Shown here: positions 19,952-31,498 of the stretch, piece after piece
How positions within the stretch are numbered: the stretch's first letter is position 1
How the letters are laid out: each line of letters starts with the position of its first letter
Assembly: GCA_016703065.1 (NCBI GenBank)
Contig: JADJCU010000001.1
Coordinates: 123,098-187,097 of the forward strand
Origin: a bacterium
GTDB taxonomy: Bacteria > Electryoneota > RPQS01
DNA length: 64,000 nucleotides
Reading direction: 5' to 3'
Position numbers and translations under genes: made by a program
Notes under the pieces: generated by a model
Seen by the model: the letters and a program-made list of their open reading frames with translations, nothing else
Told to the model about the DNA's origin: nothing
The model's database searches: none

Positions 19952-22945
19952 TTAACGGATTATGACGAACTTGCCCGTCGAAATCGAATGGTCCGACAGG
20001 TCTTCCACTGAAAACAGGTACAGGCCAGACACAACTTGCTGATTATTGCGCGAATTCAGGTCCCACTTCTCTGAATTCAAACTCGCCCACGAGCTGCGGT
20101 CGCCTTCCGTGTTGTGAGGTACTATCTGCACGAGGTCGCCTGCTGTCGTGAAGATACGAATCAGCGCCTTCTCGGGCAGATTCATGAACTCGAGCCGGCG
20201 ATCCACCTGCGGGTAGAAATCGCGCGTGCCGTCGTTCTGATTCTCCCACGATTGGAAGCGATATTCCTGCGTGTAATCTTCGTACGCCCGATACGGATTC
20301 GGAACCACAAGCACCTCACGACCAGGATGCCCGGCCGGGGCAAGCAGAACTGCGTTCGCCGTCGCGCGTGTCGACAACGATGTGAGGCCCGACTTCGGAT
20401 CACCGTAGTCAAAAGCTGTAATTGAGTAGTAACGCGGAGCAAGTGTATTCGCAGGAAGCGAGAATTCATACACGCCCTCAAAGCCCGGCTCATCCATTTC
20501 GATGTCGCCAAATCCGGTATTCAGACCCACTGGCAAAAGGGTACCCGGGACTCCACGGATCACGATCGTCTTCGGCATGCCCGTCGTGTCGGTCACCGGC
20601 GTTGTCATGAGCGAATCGCGGTCGTTCGAGAAATACGCGAAGTCGATCCGGTCAAATTGCGCCTTGAGTTCGAAGTACTGCTCCTGATTAATCACGGATG
20701 CGTGAATTCGATAACCCTCGAAGTCCTGAACACGGCTGAACGGGTCGCGATACGCCGGGTTTTCGGAAGAGCTCTTTGACCAGCGCAGGACCACCTCCTG
20801 CGTGCCCAGTTCATACCCCAGACCGCCCACGGCGCAACCGGACTTGACAATACCACCCGAGTGCTGTGCCGCGTTCTGCGTCTGCGGAAGACAATCCATC
20901 AACGCTGGAATCGGCGGAGGAGGAGGCCCCGTAAAATCCGGGATGCCGTCGCCCATATCCAAGATACCGTTTTGATACATCCAGCCCATATCCCACGGCC
21001 CAAGCTGCAGCGGATGGAAAGCATTGAATGCGTAAATCAGGTCTTTCGGAATGATCTCATCTTCGCGATCCGCGGGATAATCTGTGCGCGAATTCAGTGC
21101 CGCGTTCACAAGCAATGTGTCGAGCTTGCCATTGCGCTCTGAACCGTCCGCATCCGGGCCCTTGTACCAGCCAACATCGATGGTCCACTTGCCTGCGCCA
21201 AACTCAACCGCGCCATTAAAATAGATGACAGGAACACTATCGACGCCAATCGGAAGCACGCCGTACAGACCGTCGTTACCAACGTCTTCACCGTACCATC
21301 CGTCGCCCGTGTCCAAAAGGCCGTCGCCCTGCGTGCTGTCTTCGTCGAGCACATCGGGGTTGCCGTCCAGGCCCCAGTCAAAGATCGGCGTATCGTGCAT
21401 ACGATTGTCGTACACATCCTTCGCCCAGCGCGCGTTCTCCTTCAGATCGGCGAAGTCGTACTTAGCCGTGTCGAGGTTTGTCGGCGCTATCTGCGGATTA
21501 TTTTGATCGTGGAAGAACTCACCGCCCACGTAGGCGATCGTCATGCGGAACTTCTCGGTCGGGTTCAAGCGATAGATATCGTTGCCCCCGCCGTCCGTGA
21601 AATCATAGAGTCCCAGCGGGCCCCACGAGATCAAATAGCGGGTGTCGTAACCGTCCGCGATATCGGGCGCACCTTCTTCATCAAGGTCCGTGTCCGACCA
21701 AGTTTGCGGCGTATAGCGGTCCGGCCGATAGCGCCACAGCTCAGAATCGACTAGGACGATGCCCGCGTCCAATTCGTCAATTGACGTCTGCCAAAGGTCG
21801 AACTCGCCGTTGCTCATCAGTTGATACTTCTGCGCGTCCCCCGCCGGATAGCCGTCTGTCTGAGTCCAACCCATGCCCAGGCTGTCGCGGTCCGCGTAGG
21901 CCTCCCAGGCCGGACCGTACGCGAGGTTTTCGTCGTCTCCGTTAGGATTATACCAGTTAAAAGACGTGAACAAGCGCGGATTCGGGGCGCGAATTACGCG
22001 CGTTCCCGTGACGTGAGGTATATAAAGGTCGCCGCCGAACGCGTCTACATTGTAGCCGTCACCGTCCGCAATCCACGCCACGTCAATCCGAATCGTCGTC
22101 GTGTCGTTGTTGGCGTCCACTTCATCAACAGATCGAACAAAACCGCAGACGTCATCCGTATGCTGATCATTGTCGCCCGCAACACCGCAGTCCGAGTCGA
22201 CATACAGACCAACATAAACGTTCTTCAGGAAGTTGGATGCAATATTCTCAATTTCATAGTCGATGAGAATAAAATCCTCAGCGAAAGCCTGACTGAAGGA
22301 ATATGAAATCTGCGTTATCTTGATTCCCAACGGGCGGTGCGGACCGTCCGTTGGATCGTTGCGAACCCAAGTCGTGCTGGTCAGCGTGTCCGTCATCACG
22401 GCGATGAAATCCTGATCGGAAACCGCAAACGAATCATAGACCTGCTCGCCAAAGCAATTCGCAAACCCGGGCCGGTTTGAACGTTCATGGATCAGATTTG
22501 CCGCGCCTTCACCGGCGTGGAATTCATTGATCGAGGGATTCTGCCAGCCGTCCGTGCCGACCGACACGCGAGTCGTGAAGAAGCCCTCTTCTTCAATCAA
22601 CGCGCCGATCCACAAACTGCCTTGGAAGAGATACTGCTGGCCTGATCCACCCGGGAATTCGCATTGCGGCGCCCAATCCTGAGGCGGACACGGGTTCTGG
22701 AGAGTTCCGTCCTGCCCCGGTCCGTCGTTGCCGAAGTACCCGTAGTTCGTGATATTCCTCCACATCTTGCCCGCATCCTGGACCCGGTTGGTCTCCGCAG
22801 GATTCGCAATGTCCAGGCTCCGGGCGGGACCACGGTCACGCGACGCGTCATACCGGCCCAGTTTGGCATAGCCCGACGAAGCCAATAGTCCCGTCAAGAA
22901 CACGGCCAACAAGATGGTTGAGAAGGATTTCCAGCGCATGTGCAA
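19952..22945 (-). CDS. Large secreted protein with a type-B-like (gliding-motility-associated) T9SS C-terminal domain
   Basis: 997 aa with a signal peptide. The C-terminal ~80 aa (..ALIRIFTTAGDLVQIV...WDLNSRNNQQVVSGLYLFSVE....TGKFVIIR) fit the type-B CTD pattern (IFNRWGELVF..WDG..G..GTYYY....G.V.LIR) rather than the type-A ...K tail seen on the other cargo here. Confidence 0.6.
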   Translation of the reverse strand: MHMRWKSFSTILLAVFLTGLLASSGYAKLGRYDASRDRGPARSLDIANPAETNRVQDAGKMWRNITNYGYFGNDGPGQDGTLQNPCPPQDWAPQCEFPGGSGQQYLFQGSLWIGALIEEEGFFTTRVSVGTDGWQNPSINEFHAGEGAANLIHERSNRPGFANCFGEQVYDSFAVSDQDFIAVMTDTLTSTTWVRNDPTDGPHRPLGIKITQISYSFSQAFAEDFILIDYEIENIASNFLKNVYVGLYVDSDCGVAGDNDQHTDDVCGFVRSVDEVDANNDTTTIRIDVAWIADGDGYNVDAFGGDLYIPHVTGTRVIRAPNPRLFTSFNWYNPNGDDENLAYGPAWEAYADRDSLGMGWTQTDGYPAGDAQKYQLMSNGEFDLWQTSIDELDAGIVLVDSELWRYRPDRYTPQTWSDTDLDEEGAPDIADGYDTRYLISWGPLGLYDFTDGGGNDIYRLNPTEKFRMTIAYVGGEFFHDQNNPQIAPTNLDTAKYDFADLKENARWAKDVYDNRMHDTPIFDWGLDGNPDVLDEDSTQGDGLLDTGDGWYGEDVGNDGLYGVLPIGVDSVPVIYFNGAVEFGAGKWTIDVGWYKGPDADGSERNGKLDTLLVNAALNSRTDYPADREDEIIPKDLIYAFNAFHPLQLGPWDMGWMYQNGILDMGDGIPDFTGPPPPPIPALMDCLPQTQNAAQHSGGIVKSGCAVGGLGYELGTQEVVLRWSKSSSENPAYRDPFSRVQDFEGYRIHASVINQEQYFELKAQFDRIDFAYFSNDRDSLMTTPVTDTTGMPKTIVIRGVPGTLLPVGLNTGFGDIEMDEPGFEGVYEFSLPANTLAPRYYSITAFDYGDPKSGLTSLSTRATANAVLLAPAGHPGREVLVVPNPYRAYEDYTQEYRFQSWENQNDGTRDFYPQVDRRLEFMNLPEKALIRIFTTAGDLVQIVPHNTEGDRSSWASLNSEKWDLNSRNNQQVVSGLYLFSVEDLSDHSISTGKFVIIR

Positions 22946-23048
22946 GAACCTCTATCGTAATAAACAGGCGTCGACTCGCTGTCTGACGCTATCTGTGTTG
23001 CTTCACTTGATTTATCGACCGCGCAATTGCGCGTCCGAACGGATTTGC

Positions 23049-25076
23049 TTAACGCCCTAAGGCCAGACCGCCGCGTCTAAGGCCGGCCCCTACGCCCGCA
23101 GCGGCGCCAGGTCCACCCCAAGCACCCATGTCATTCCGTGTGCCGTCAGGGTCGTTGTACTGCGAATCACTCATGCCTGCGTCTCGACACGGAGAACCCG
23201 ACTGTAAGCGATACTCCGCATCGGCGAACAGCGGATTGCTGCTCAAATTGCCGTTGCCCTCGCCCAGACTTCCGGGCGTATAGTTCGCCGGTACCGCGTC
23301 ACGAATCCCGCCATTCCACACGTTGTTCGCGACTACATTCGGAGTCGACGAGAACCAGGCATAGACACCCGTCCGGCCCGTGTTCGCCACGATGTTATTG
23401 AAGATCGCGGGATTGCTGTTCGCCGTCACGTGAAACCCGTAATAGCCGCAGTCGACCAACGTGTTGTTCACAATTCGGGGATTGCACAGCGAATCAAGCA
23501 TCACCGCCGTGGTCGTGCACGCCTCAACAACTGTATTCATGATCTCTACGCCGGTATCCACGTGCTTAAGTGTGATTCCCCGACCCCGTGAGCCGCTGAC
23601 CCGTGAATTGTAGATCTTTGCCGATGACGAATCGACCAGAATCCCCTGGGTTCCGACATTCGTAAACGTGCACGACTGTACGACGACCGCGTCATTCAGG
23701 TTCATCATGCCGGTAGTGACCGAAAGGCCGGACTCAAAGGCGTTACGGAACTCGACGTGCTCAAACCGCACTCCGGGCTTCTGGACAACAACGTCGCGAT
23801 AGTCACGAATAATCATGTGCCGCAAAACCGACGGCGCGTCTCCGCGCTCCAGAAAGACGAATCCTGCCGCATCTTCGAAATTCGTCGCCTGACATGGACA
23901 CATTTCGACCGGATTCTCGGCCGTGCCCTCGACCATCAGTTGACCGTACACTTCAAAATTGAACATGCCGGTCGTTTCAAGACGGGCGCCCGCCGGAATA
24001 ACGACCGTGACACCGGGCGGAATAACAACGTCGCAGGAGACGCGATACGTCGCGGCTTCAAGATTGCCCTCCAACCGCCCGCGCAGCTCAAACTCCGACT
24101 TGGAATACGGAATCACGCCCATGTCGGCGGGCGAATTATCCGGATCGAAGTCTGAGTCGAGCGGGCCTGCGTCAACACAAGGAGAACATGACTCAAGGCG
24201 GTAATTGGCCTCCTTGGTCAACGTACCCAGCAAGTTGTTCAAGAACTGCGGCGATTGATCAATATTGAAGCGTGAGTCGCACGAATCCAGATTCGCGTTC
24301 ACCGTCGCGAGGTCGCCAAAGACCTTGTGCGAACCGGAATCGCCGCTCAGCGTGTCGTTCGCCACGATAAAGGACGGCGCGCTATTGTCTGCAACACAAT
24401 TGTACTTGATGACAAGTTCCTGGATCGCCGTCACAGTCAAATCAGCTCGTACGGCCGAAGCGTCGTTATCTGCAAGAACGTTGTACTCAATCACCGGACG
24501 CGCAGCGCCGCCAATGATGGCGACCGCGTTATTCTGATTCCTCGTGACGACACAGTGACGAATCGTTGGACTGCTGTTGTTGATTGCAAGCATGCCGCGA
24601 TAGTTTTGCGCGTCTCGGCCCCGTTCACTTAGCGTGTCCGTATCGAAAAACGCGCCATACGTGAAGATGCAATAGCTTAACTCTGAACCTTCATTCGGAT
24701 TGCGCAGCTTCAAACCGCGCCACTGGCCAAGCGTCGGATCCGAATTCGCACTTGTGAAGATGATCGGTGCGGTAGGGGTGCCGTGCGCCACGAGCTTGCC
24801 GACAACATCAATCCAGTTCAACCCTGCGACCATAATTTCGGCGCCCGGTTCAACCGTGACCGTGACCCCTTCAGGGATAACGTAGTCCTCCTTGACATAC
24901 CACGGTCGACCGCCATTCGCGGCGATGGTCACATCTGACGTGGGACTATATAGCGTGTCGCCATCACGGTAGGGACTCACGTCCGGACGCGGGTGCGACA
25001 CCGGATCTGAACAGCCCGCGGCCACAAGAATGGCGAACAGCGCGGAAAGCGTTATGCGACGTACAATTGCGAACAT
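23049..25076 (-). CDS. Right-handed parallel beta-helix (pectin-lyase-fold) surface lipoprotein
   Basis: Lipoprotein signal (..ILVAAGCSD). Repeated ..N[NT].[VI]..N.. beta-helix coils (NNTLVDCGYYGFHVTANSNPAIFNNIVANTG..). Starts 44 bp after the TonB-dependent receptor gene, so it is co-transcribed. Confidence 0.65.
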   Translation of the reverse strand: MFAIVRRITLSALFAILVAAGCSDPVSHPRPDVSPYRDGDTLYSPTSDVTIAANGGRPWYVKEDYVIPEGVTVTVEPGAEIMVAGLNWIDVVGKLVAHGTPTAPIIFTSANSDPTLGQWRGLKLRNPNEGSELSYCIFTYGAFFDTDTLSERGRDAQNYRGMLAINNSSPTIRHCVVTRNQNNAVAIIGGAARPVIEYNVLADNDASAVRADLTVTAIQELVIKYNCVADNSAPSFIVANDTLSGDSGSHKVFGDLATVNANLDSCDSRFNIDQSPQFLNNLLGTLTKEANYRLESCSPCVDAGPLDSDFDPDNSPADMGVIPYSKSEFELRGRLEGNLEAATYRVSCDVVIPPGVTVVIPAGARLETTGMFNFEVYGQLMVEGTAENPVEMCPCQATNFEDAAGFVFLERGDAPSVLRHMIIRDYRDVVVQKPGVRFEHVEFRNAFESGLSVTTGMMNLNDAVVVQSCTFTNVGTQGILVDSSSAKIYNSRVSGSRGRGITLKHVDTGVEIMNTVVEACTTTAVMLDSLCNPRIVNNTLVDCGYYGFHVTANSNPAIFNNIVANTGRTGVYAWFSSTPNVVANNVWNGGIRDAVPANYTPGSLGEGNGNLSSNPLFADAEYRLQSGSPCRDAGMSDSQYNDPDGTRNDMGAWGGPGAAAGVGAGLRRGGLALGR

Positions 25077-25120
25077 AATTTATCGTGCTCCCGGGAACGT
25101 TTCAGAGGTACTATCCGCGA

Positions 25121-28100
25121 TTAGAATTCCAACTTCAGATGCAACAACACCTGCCGCGGCGGGAAGTAGTTGCGCGGATTGTGGTCTATGTCTTTGCCAA
25201 GATCGTCGTCAGATGCCTCGTTCTGGTTGTCCTCGTGGGAGGAATCGTAGGCGTTGCCGGTCTCAGTGTAGACTTCGCGGATATTCTTCCGGTTGAACAA
25301 ATTGAATATTTCAAAACCGGTCACAAAATTCAAACCCTTGCGCAGGTTCCAATACTTGTCAAGTCGGAAGTCCGTCGTGGACGTGGCAGCCTGACGCGCC
25401 GAATTCGCCAATATCAAATTGGCCGGCTTGTTTTCCGTGTAAGTCGACGGCGTGTAGGGCAGTCCCGATCCGTAAGAGAATTCAACAGTGGACAGCCAAT
25501 CCGACGGCAGCCTGACGCCGAACAGATTCGGATGCTGATCCTTGCTCACGCGGAACGTCACAAATGCCGAGACGCGGTGGGTTTCGTCCCAATCCAGCGG
25601 ATGCTCGTTGCGGTTTTCTGGAACACCATTCGTACGATCAAGCAGACCCTCAGCAGCAGCCGATTCCTTGCCGTACGCAAACGAGAAGTCGTAGTTGGCG
25701 GTCAGTGCCCACATACTTGAGAACTTCTTGTCGAGCGAAAACTCAAAACCGCGCGCACGAGCGTAACCAAGATTAAAGTAGCGATTCAACGTGATCGGCC
25801 CAATGCGCTCTTCAATTGTGCCGATTTGATTGTACACGTCGCGGTAGTAACCCGCCACGTCGACAACCCAGTTCTCAGCAAATTCAGTAGAGACGCCAAC
25901 CTCATAAGAAACCGTTTTCTCATATTCGAGGTTCGGGTTGCCGATTTCCGTGTTCGGCGAAATGTTCGCTGTCGCGCTGCGGTAGAAGTACTGGAAAGAC
26001 GGCGTCTGATAATAGTGGCCGTAATTGAAATACAACTTCGACGCTGCCGAAATAGGATGCGAAATGCCAAGCCGCGGCGCGATCACGTACCGCCCGCGCT
26101 CTGCAAGCAGCGCCCCCGGCTGACCTGCGTCCACTTGATTTTGGAATTGCTGAAGGAGCCCATCACCCTGAATGATGAAGTCGGAACGAAGTCCTGCACG
26201 TACGATCAGGCCCTCAAATTCCATCTTGTCCTGGAAGTAAACGGCGCCTTCCCACGGTTTGTGACTATAGAAGTCGCGCGTGCTGCCGATGCCATAATAC
26301 GGAGACCCGACAGGCAGCGGGTAGTCCACGTTGTCGTACGGTTCGTCCGGAAATTGGATCGATTGCATTTCAAGCTCACGATATTTGACTTCGAAACCCG
26401 ACTTCAATTCGTGGAACTTGTTTACCTGACTCGTGATATCAAACTTGCTTGAGTATTCCACCGATCTGCGGTCCTGCCAATAAGCCTGTTCGTCCCACTG
26501 GCCCGGATTCAGGAATTCATCCGCAAAGAGATCATATTGCCCGTTGCGATTGTAGTCGGAATAGACCTCGCCTTCATCGGCAAAGCCATTCGGTAAGTCG
26601 TACACTGGATGCGCGCCGTCAATTCCAGGATTGCGATTGATCCATGTCGACTTGCCATCAATGTAATTGAAATACTCCGGAAGGCCCGTCAGTGTGTCGA
26701 TGTCAGAGTAGTCAGAGGCCATTCCGGTTCGCCGGCGGGCAGATACTCGAGAATGTTTGCCCACGTATAGATCACCGGCAACCGCGGATCCATGCCGAAG
26801 CCTACATCCGCCGGACGACAGAACAGTTCATATTCGTCGATTCGCTCATTCGGACCGTCGTAACGGCCGTTACGGGTCGGCAACAAACGAATTCCGCTTT
26901 CCGCACCGCTCGGGAGGTCGAGCCAGACTTCACCCTCGTCGTGCTCGCCGTTATAGTAGCCGGTACTGTCCGGCAAATCGATGAACGGCTCCCCGGTATC
27001 CCAGACGAAATCGCCGTCTAACAGACCCTCGCCGCGATCGTCGTCGTTCTCGAAATTCGTCTGCCGGTCAATCCGCCCGTTCCCTTGATCGACAAACGGC
27101 TCGCCTTCATCATAGACGCCATTGCCGTTACGGTCCGTAAAGATCTCCCCGCTGTCCCAACGGTCGTTGCCGCGATCGTCGTAGCCTTCTCCGTATCCGT
27201 CATACATGCCATCGCCGTCAGCGTCCTGGAAACGCTCGCCGTCCCATTGACCGTTCCCGTTCCAGTCCTGCTCGGCAAGCTGCGGCTCGGCATCGTCCCA
27301 ACGCCCGTTGCCGTTCAGGTCGACATACGGATCCCACGAATCGTATACGCCTACGTTATTTGCACCCTGACCATTCGGGCGATCAACCCACGGCTCTGCA
27401 GCATCAAAGACGCCATTGCCGTTAAGATCAACCCAGTCCTCGCCGCGATCCCAGCGTCCATTCTCATTGACGTCGTCATAGCCTTCACCTTCGCCAACGT
27501 ATTGGCCGTCCCCATTCACGTCACGATAGCCGTCAGGTATGCCATTGTTATTTACGTCCTGCACCGACGTGCCGCCCTGACCGCCCACAATCGCGTCTTC
27601 AACCTGAGTCTGGGCCGTGAACTCGTCGGGATTCTTGCCCCGCGGAGTCACACGAGTCTTTGTCGTAAAACGGCCCAGCGTGACCTCATAGAACGTGTTC
27701 TGAGTCACATTGTGCTGGTACTGCAAATTGTATGAGTCGCGAATATTCCGCGCATACGGACGATTCTCAGGAATGTATTTATACTGCCACCCATAGTTGC
27801 CGCCAATCGAAGCCTCGCCATCCGGGTAGATGTCCCAAAGCGAGTGGTCGCGCGTATAGGAGAAGTTGAACTTCCGCGCCGGATCCATACGGTAAGTCAG
27901 CTTCCAGAAGGTCGAATAGTCATTCGACTGTCGTTCTGGAATGTCGAAACCCAAATCCAAATAGTCGTTCGGATCGCGGCGGATCGCATACGGAGTGTAG
28001 GTATTTGAGAGCTTCGCCGTTCCCGACGTGAAGAAGGAAAACTTGTTCTCCTTCATGTTGAAGATCTCTTTGACGAACGGCACCGGACCACTGAACGCAT

Positions 28101-28881
28101 AGTCGTACTGATCGGCGTCGAAGCTGTAGTTCTGGAACATGCGGTCGGTACGATACTCAATCGTACCGTTGTAGTCCTTCATGTTGCCTTCGGGCGTCGT
28201 CACGCGAATCAATGCGGACTGATAACCGCCCGTCGAGGCGTCGCCGCCCGTCAAAATCTCGATTTCTTCGACGTTCAGCGCGCTCGTGTTGATCAGGCGC
28301 TTCGAGCTGTTGTAAAGAGCGTCGCCTTTGGTTTGGCCGTCCACAACGTATTTCGCTTCCGTGTCGCGACCGCCGCGCACATGCAATCCGCCGTCCGGAT
28401 CGACCTTGAAGCCCGGCTGCTTGGCAATGATGTTCGCCACCTGACCACCGCCGTAAACCTGCAGCTCCTGGCCGGTCATGCGGTTTTCCTTGCCCGACAC
28501 ATCCAGCTGCACGGTCTTCTTCTTCTGCGTGACAATCTCGACTTCGCCGATCTGAATCGCTTCATCCTGCAAGGTCGCGTTCACGTTCGATGTTAGGTCT
28601 GACGACACCTCGACGCCGCGGAACTCCTTGGCACCGTAACCGATACTCGAGATCCGAACGGTATAGGTGCCCGGATTGACACCCAAGATCACGTAGCTGC
28701 CGTCTACATTCAAGACGGTAACACCTTGACCGGTTTCAATGATCTGGACATTGGCGCCGAGGACACCATCGCCGTTCACGTCTAACACCGTGCCCGAAAT
28801 CTTGCCCGGTCCGGCGTACACCAGTGAACTTAGCGCCAGTAAAGCAAAGACGTGTAAAATTGTGGTCAGACAACGCATCAT
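25121..28881 (-). CDS. TonB-dependent receptor-like outer-membrane protein with a long Ca-binding (thrombospondin-type-3/DxDxDG-like) repeat insertion; reading frame broken by a 1-nt frameshift near 26718
   Basis: N-terminus: signal peptide, carboxypeptidase-regulatory-like domain and TonB plug (..LHVRGGRDTEAKYVVDG..). Middle ~250 aa are D/N/G-rich repeats (DVNGDGQYVGEGEGYDDVNENGRWD...). The C-terminal barrel ends ..LLHLKLEF. Two ORFs (26689..28881 and 25121..26764) in different frames rejoin if one C is restored in CC at ~26718 (..EPEWP|SDYSDID..). Confidence 0.7.
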
Positions 28882-29064
28882 GTTAAATCCTCATCGCTGG
28901 TTCACCGCTTGCCGCGGATCATGCAACTTTTGGGAGGTTTGTTTCGTCTATACAGATGGGGAACTCCGTGCCCGAACTTCCCGCTATTCCAAAAAGAGTC
29001 TGCTACTACCCGAACCTACTCAGGGCGCGAATCGCCCGTGCACCGGGTCCAGCGCTATCGCCGG

Positions 29065-30306
29065 CTACATGTTCTTGATAATCTCAGTCGCGAATTCTGA
29101 TGTCTTCAGCTTTGTCGCACCGGCCATCTGACGTTCAAGGTCGTAGGTCACGCGCTTGTTTCCAATCGCCCCTTCAATGCCCTTTACAATCAGCTTTGCC
29201 ACCGGATCCCAGCCCAGATATTCAAACATCATCACGCCCGACAGAATCACACTGCCCGGATTGATCACATCCTTGTCAGCATATTTCGGAGCCGTGCCAT
29301 GCGTCGCCTCAAACACCGCGTACGCATCACTGATATTTCCGCCCGGCGCCAAACCCAAGCCGCCGACCTGCGCAGCACACGCATCACTCAAATAATCGCC
29401 GTTCAAATTCGGCGTCACGATGACTTCGTATTCGTCGGGCCGCAACAGCAACTGCTGGAACATCGCGTCGGCAATCCGGTCGTTCAACAACACCTTGCCT
29501 GCCGGCAGCTTCCCGTCAAACTTATCCCACAAGTCCTTCTCCGAAATCACCGTGTCTGCGAACTCGCGCGCGGCTAACTCATAGCCCCATTCGCGAAACG
29601 CCCCTTCGGTGAACTTCATGATGTTGCCCTTGTGGACAATCGTCACCATCTTCTTGCCGTGATCGATCGCGTATTGAAGCGCCTTGCGCACGATGCGCTC
29701 GCTGCCGTATTTCGAAATCGGCTTGATTCCAATACCCGAATCGTGGCGAATCGTCTTGCCCAGACCCTTGATGAACTCAATTACCCGCGCCGCTTCCGCC
29801 GAGCCGGATTTCCATTCGATACCCGAATAGACATCTTCCGTGTTTTCGCGGAAGATCACCACGTTCAGCTTCCCCGGCTCCTTCACCGGTGCGGGCACGC
29901 CTTCAAACCAACGCACGGGCCGCACACAGGCATACAGATCGAGCACCTGCCGAAGCGCTACATTCAAAGATCGAATGCCGCCGCCGACCGGAGTCGTCAA
30001 CGGACCCTTAATCGCTACTATATGTTCCTTAATCGCCTTCAGCGTATCGTCCGGCAGCCAGACGTTCTCGCCGTAGACCGTGAGCGACTTCTCGCCCGCG
30101 TAAACTTCAAACCATACAACTTTCTTCTTGCCGCCGTAAGCCTTCTCAACCGCCGCATCAAACACACGCTGTGAGGCTTTCCAAATATCCCGGCCCGTGC
30201 CGTCGCCTTCAATAAACGGAATGATCGGGTGATCCGGAACGACCAAACGACCATCGGCAACCGTGATCTGCTCACCGGTTGCTGGGGGAGTTAGTTTGTC
30301 ATACAA
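29065..30306 (-). CDS. icd: NADP-dependent isocitrate dehydrogenase
   Basis: 413 aa, near full-length colinear with prokaryotic Icd (..[11 protein letters not shown].., ..[21 protein letters not shown].., ..[10 protein letters not shown]..). TAG stop. Confidence 0.95.
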   Translation of the reverse strand: MYDKLTPPATGEQITVADGRLVVPDHPIIPFIEGDGTGRDIWKASQRVFDAAVEKAYGGKKKVVWFEVYAGEKSLTVYGENVWLPDDTLKAIKEHIVAIKGPLTTPVGGGIRSLNVALRQVLDLYACVRPVRWFEGVPAPVKEPGKLNVVIFRENTEDVYSGIEWKSGSAEAARVIEFIKGLGKTIRHDSGIGIKPISKYGSERIVRKALQYAIDHGKKMVTIVHKGNIMKFTEGAFREWGYELAAREFADTVISEKDLWDKFDGKLPAGKVLLNDRIADAMFQQLLLRPDEYEVIVTPNLNGDYLSDACAAQVGGLGLAPGGNISDAYAVFEATHGTAPKYADKDVINPGSVILSGVMMFEYLGWDPVAKLIVKGIEGAIGNKRVTYDLERQMAGATKLKTSEFATEIIKNM

Positions 30307-30684
30307 TGTAGTATTTCCTCGTGACGAACGGGGCGCGAGGTCCGCGAGATTGCGTAAGCCAAGCCTAAGATGTACGTCTAATAGTGAAAGGTGGGGAAGG
30401 GCATCGCGACAACCCCGGGTGGCATCGCGACGTGAGAGGAACTGAATGAGTTCGATAGGCCGCCGGCATGACCCTTACCGAAGACCTATTAATTGAGGCA
30501 AACCAAATGATAAGCCGGCTTCCGAATAGTTGCGGATGCTGTAATCCGCGCTCGTAAGCCCCTTATGAATTCTCAATATACCTATCAGTCAAGGGAATGT
30601 CAACAGCAACTGCTTGCACTACCCATTCCACACCAGACACCGCAATCATCTATTTAGCAGGAGTTTGCAAAACCTGCCGCCAAC

Positions 30685-30715
30685 AAAAAACACCGCTGCG
30701 AGGGCGGTGTTTTTC
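30685..30715. terminator. Strong bidirectional rho-independent terminator inside a 1.2-kb ORF-free region
   Basis: AAAAAACACCGC-tgcgagg-GCGGTGTTTTT. Confidence 0.5.
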
Positions 30716-31498
30716 ATTTCGGGAGCAGAGAGTGTGTGATTCACATACACCCACCGCCAAAACAAGAGCCAGAATCAGTCACCGAGAACGTGTTGCAAAG
30801 TCTGAGTGAGCCGTGCAGGGGCCGCAAGCAGGAGCGAAGGAAACCGTGCCATAGCCCTCGGTAACTGAGTCCGGGTCTTGTTTGTCGCCCGACGATATGT
30901 TGCCAAGAAGAGAAAGGAAGGGCCTCACGAGTCCCGAAGCGAAAGCCAAGGAGGATCGTGCGTCGTCACAAAGAAGCAGGGAGACTGGGAAGAAAACCGC
31001 GCGCATGACGAGGGTTCCCGTAAGGCCCCACTTCCTTACTCAAGATGGGGCGGATAAACTACCCCTTGGTGCCGCGCAGGGTAATTCTCCGGTCCAGATC
31101 ATACCCGGCATGGGACCCGGGCGAACAGACTACGTCCATTCATGAGACCACTATGGCAACGCACGTGCCACCCCCTTTTCATAACTCTCGACCTTTATTT
31201 TCAATATCTTGCATAACGATGTCAGGCGCTGTCATCATGCATTCCTTGCGCACTTCCCAACTTTTGCGTGATCCGGTGAGGGCGCCGATTTCGGTCTCCC
31301 GCGAGATTCGTCGGCGGATTTGGGGGAATCAAACGCGGGCCTCTTCTGCGCAAGGTAGGGGCGGCAGGCGTGCCGCCCGCCTCAGACCAGCCCACGACCC
31401 CACTCCGCCGCGCGGTCGAAACCGAGTGGCTTGCAATGGTCTCGAATTTATGCGATCTTGATTCACTGTCGGAGCACCTTAGCCCGGAGGCCACGAAA

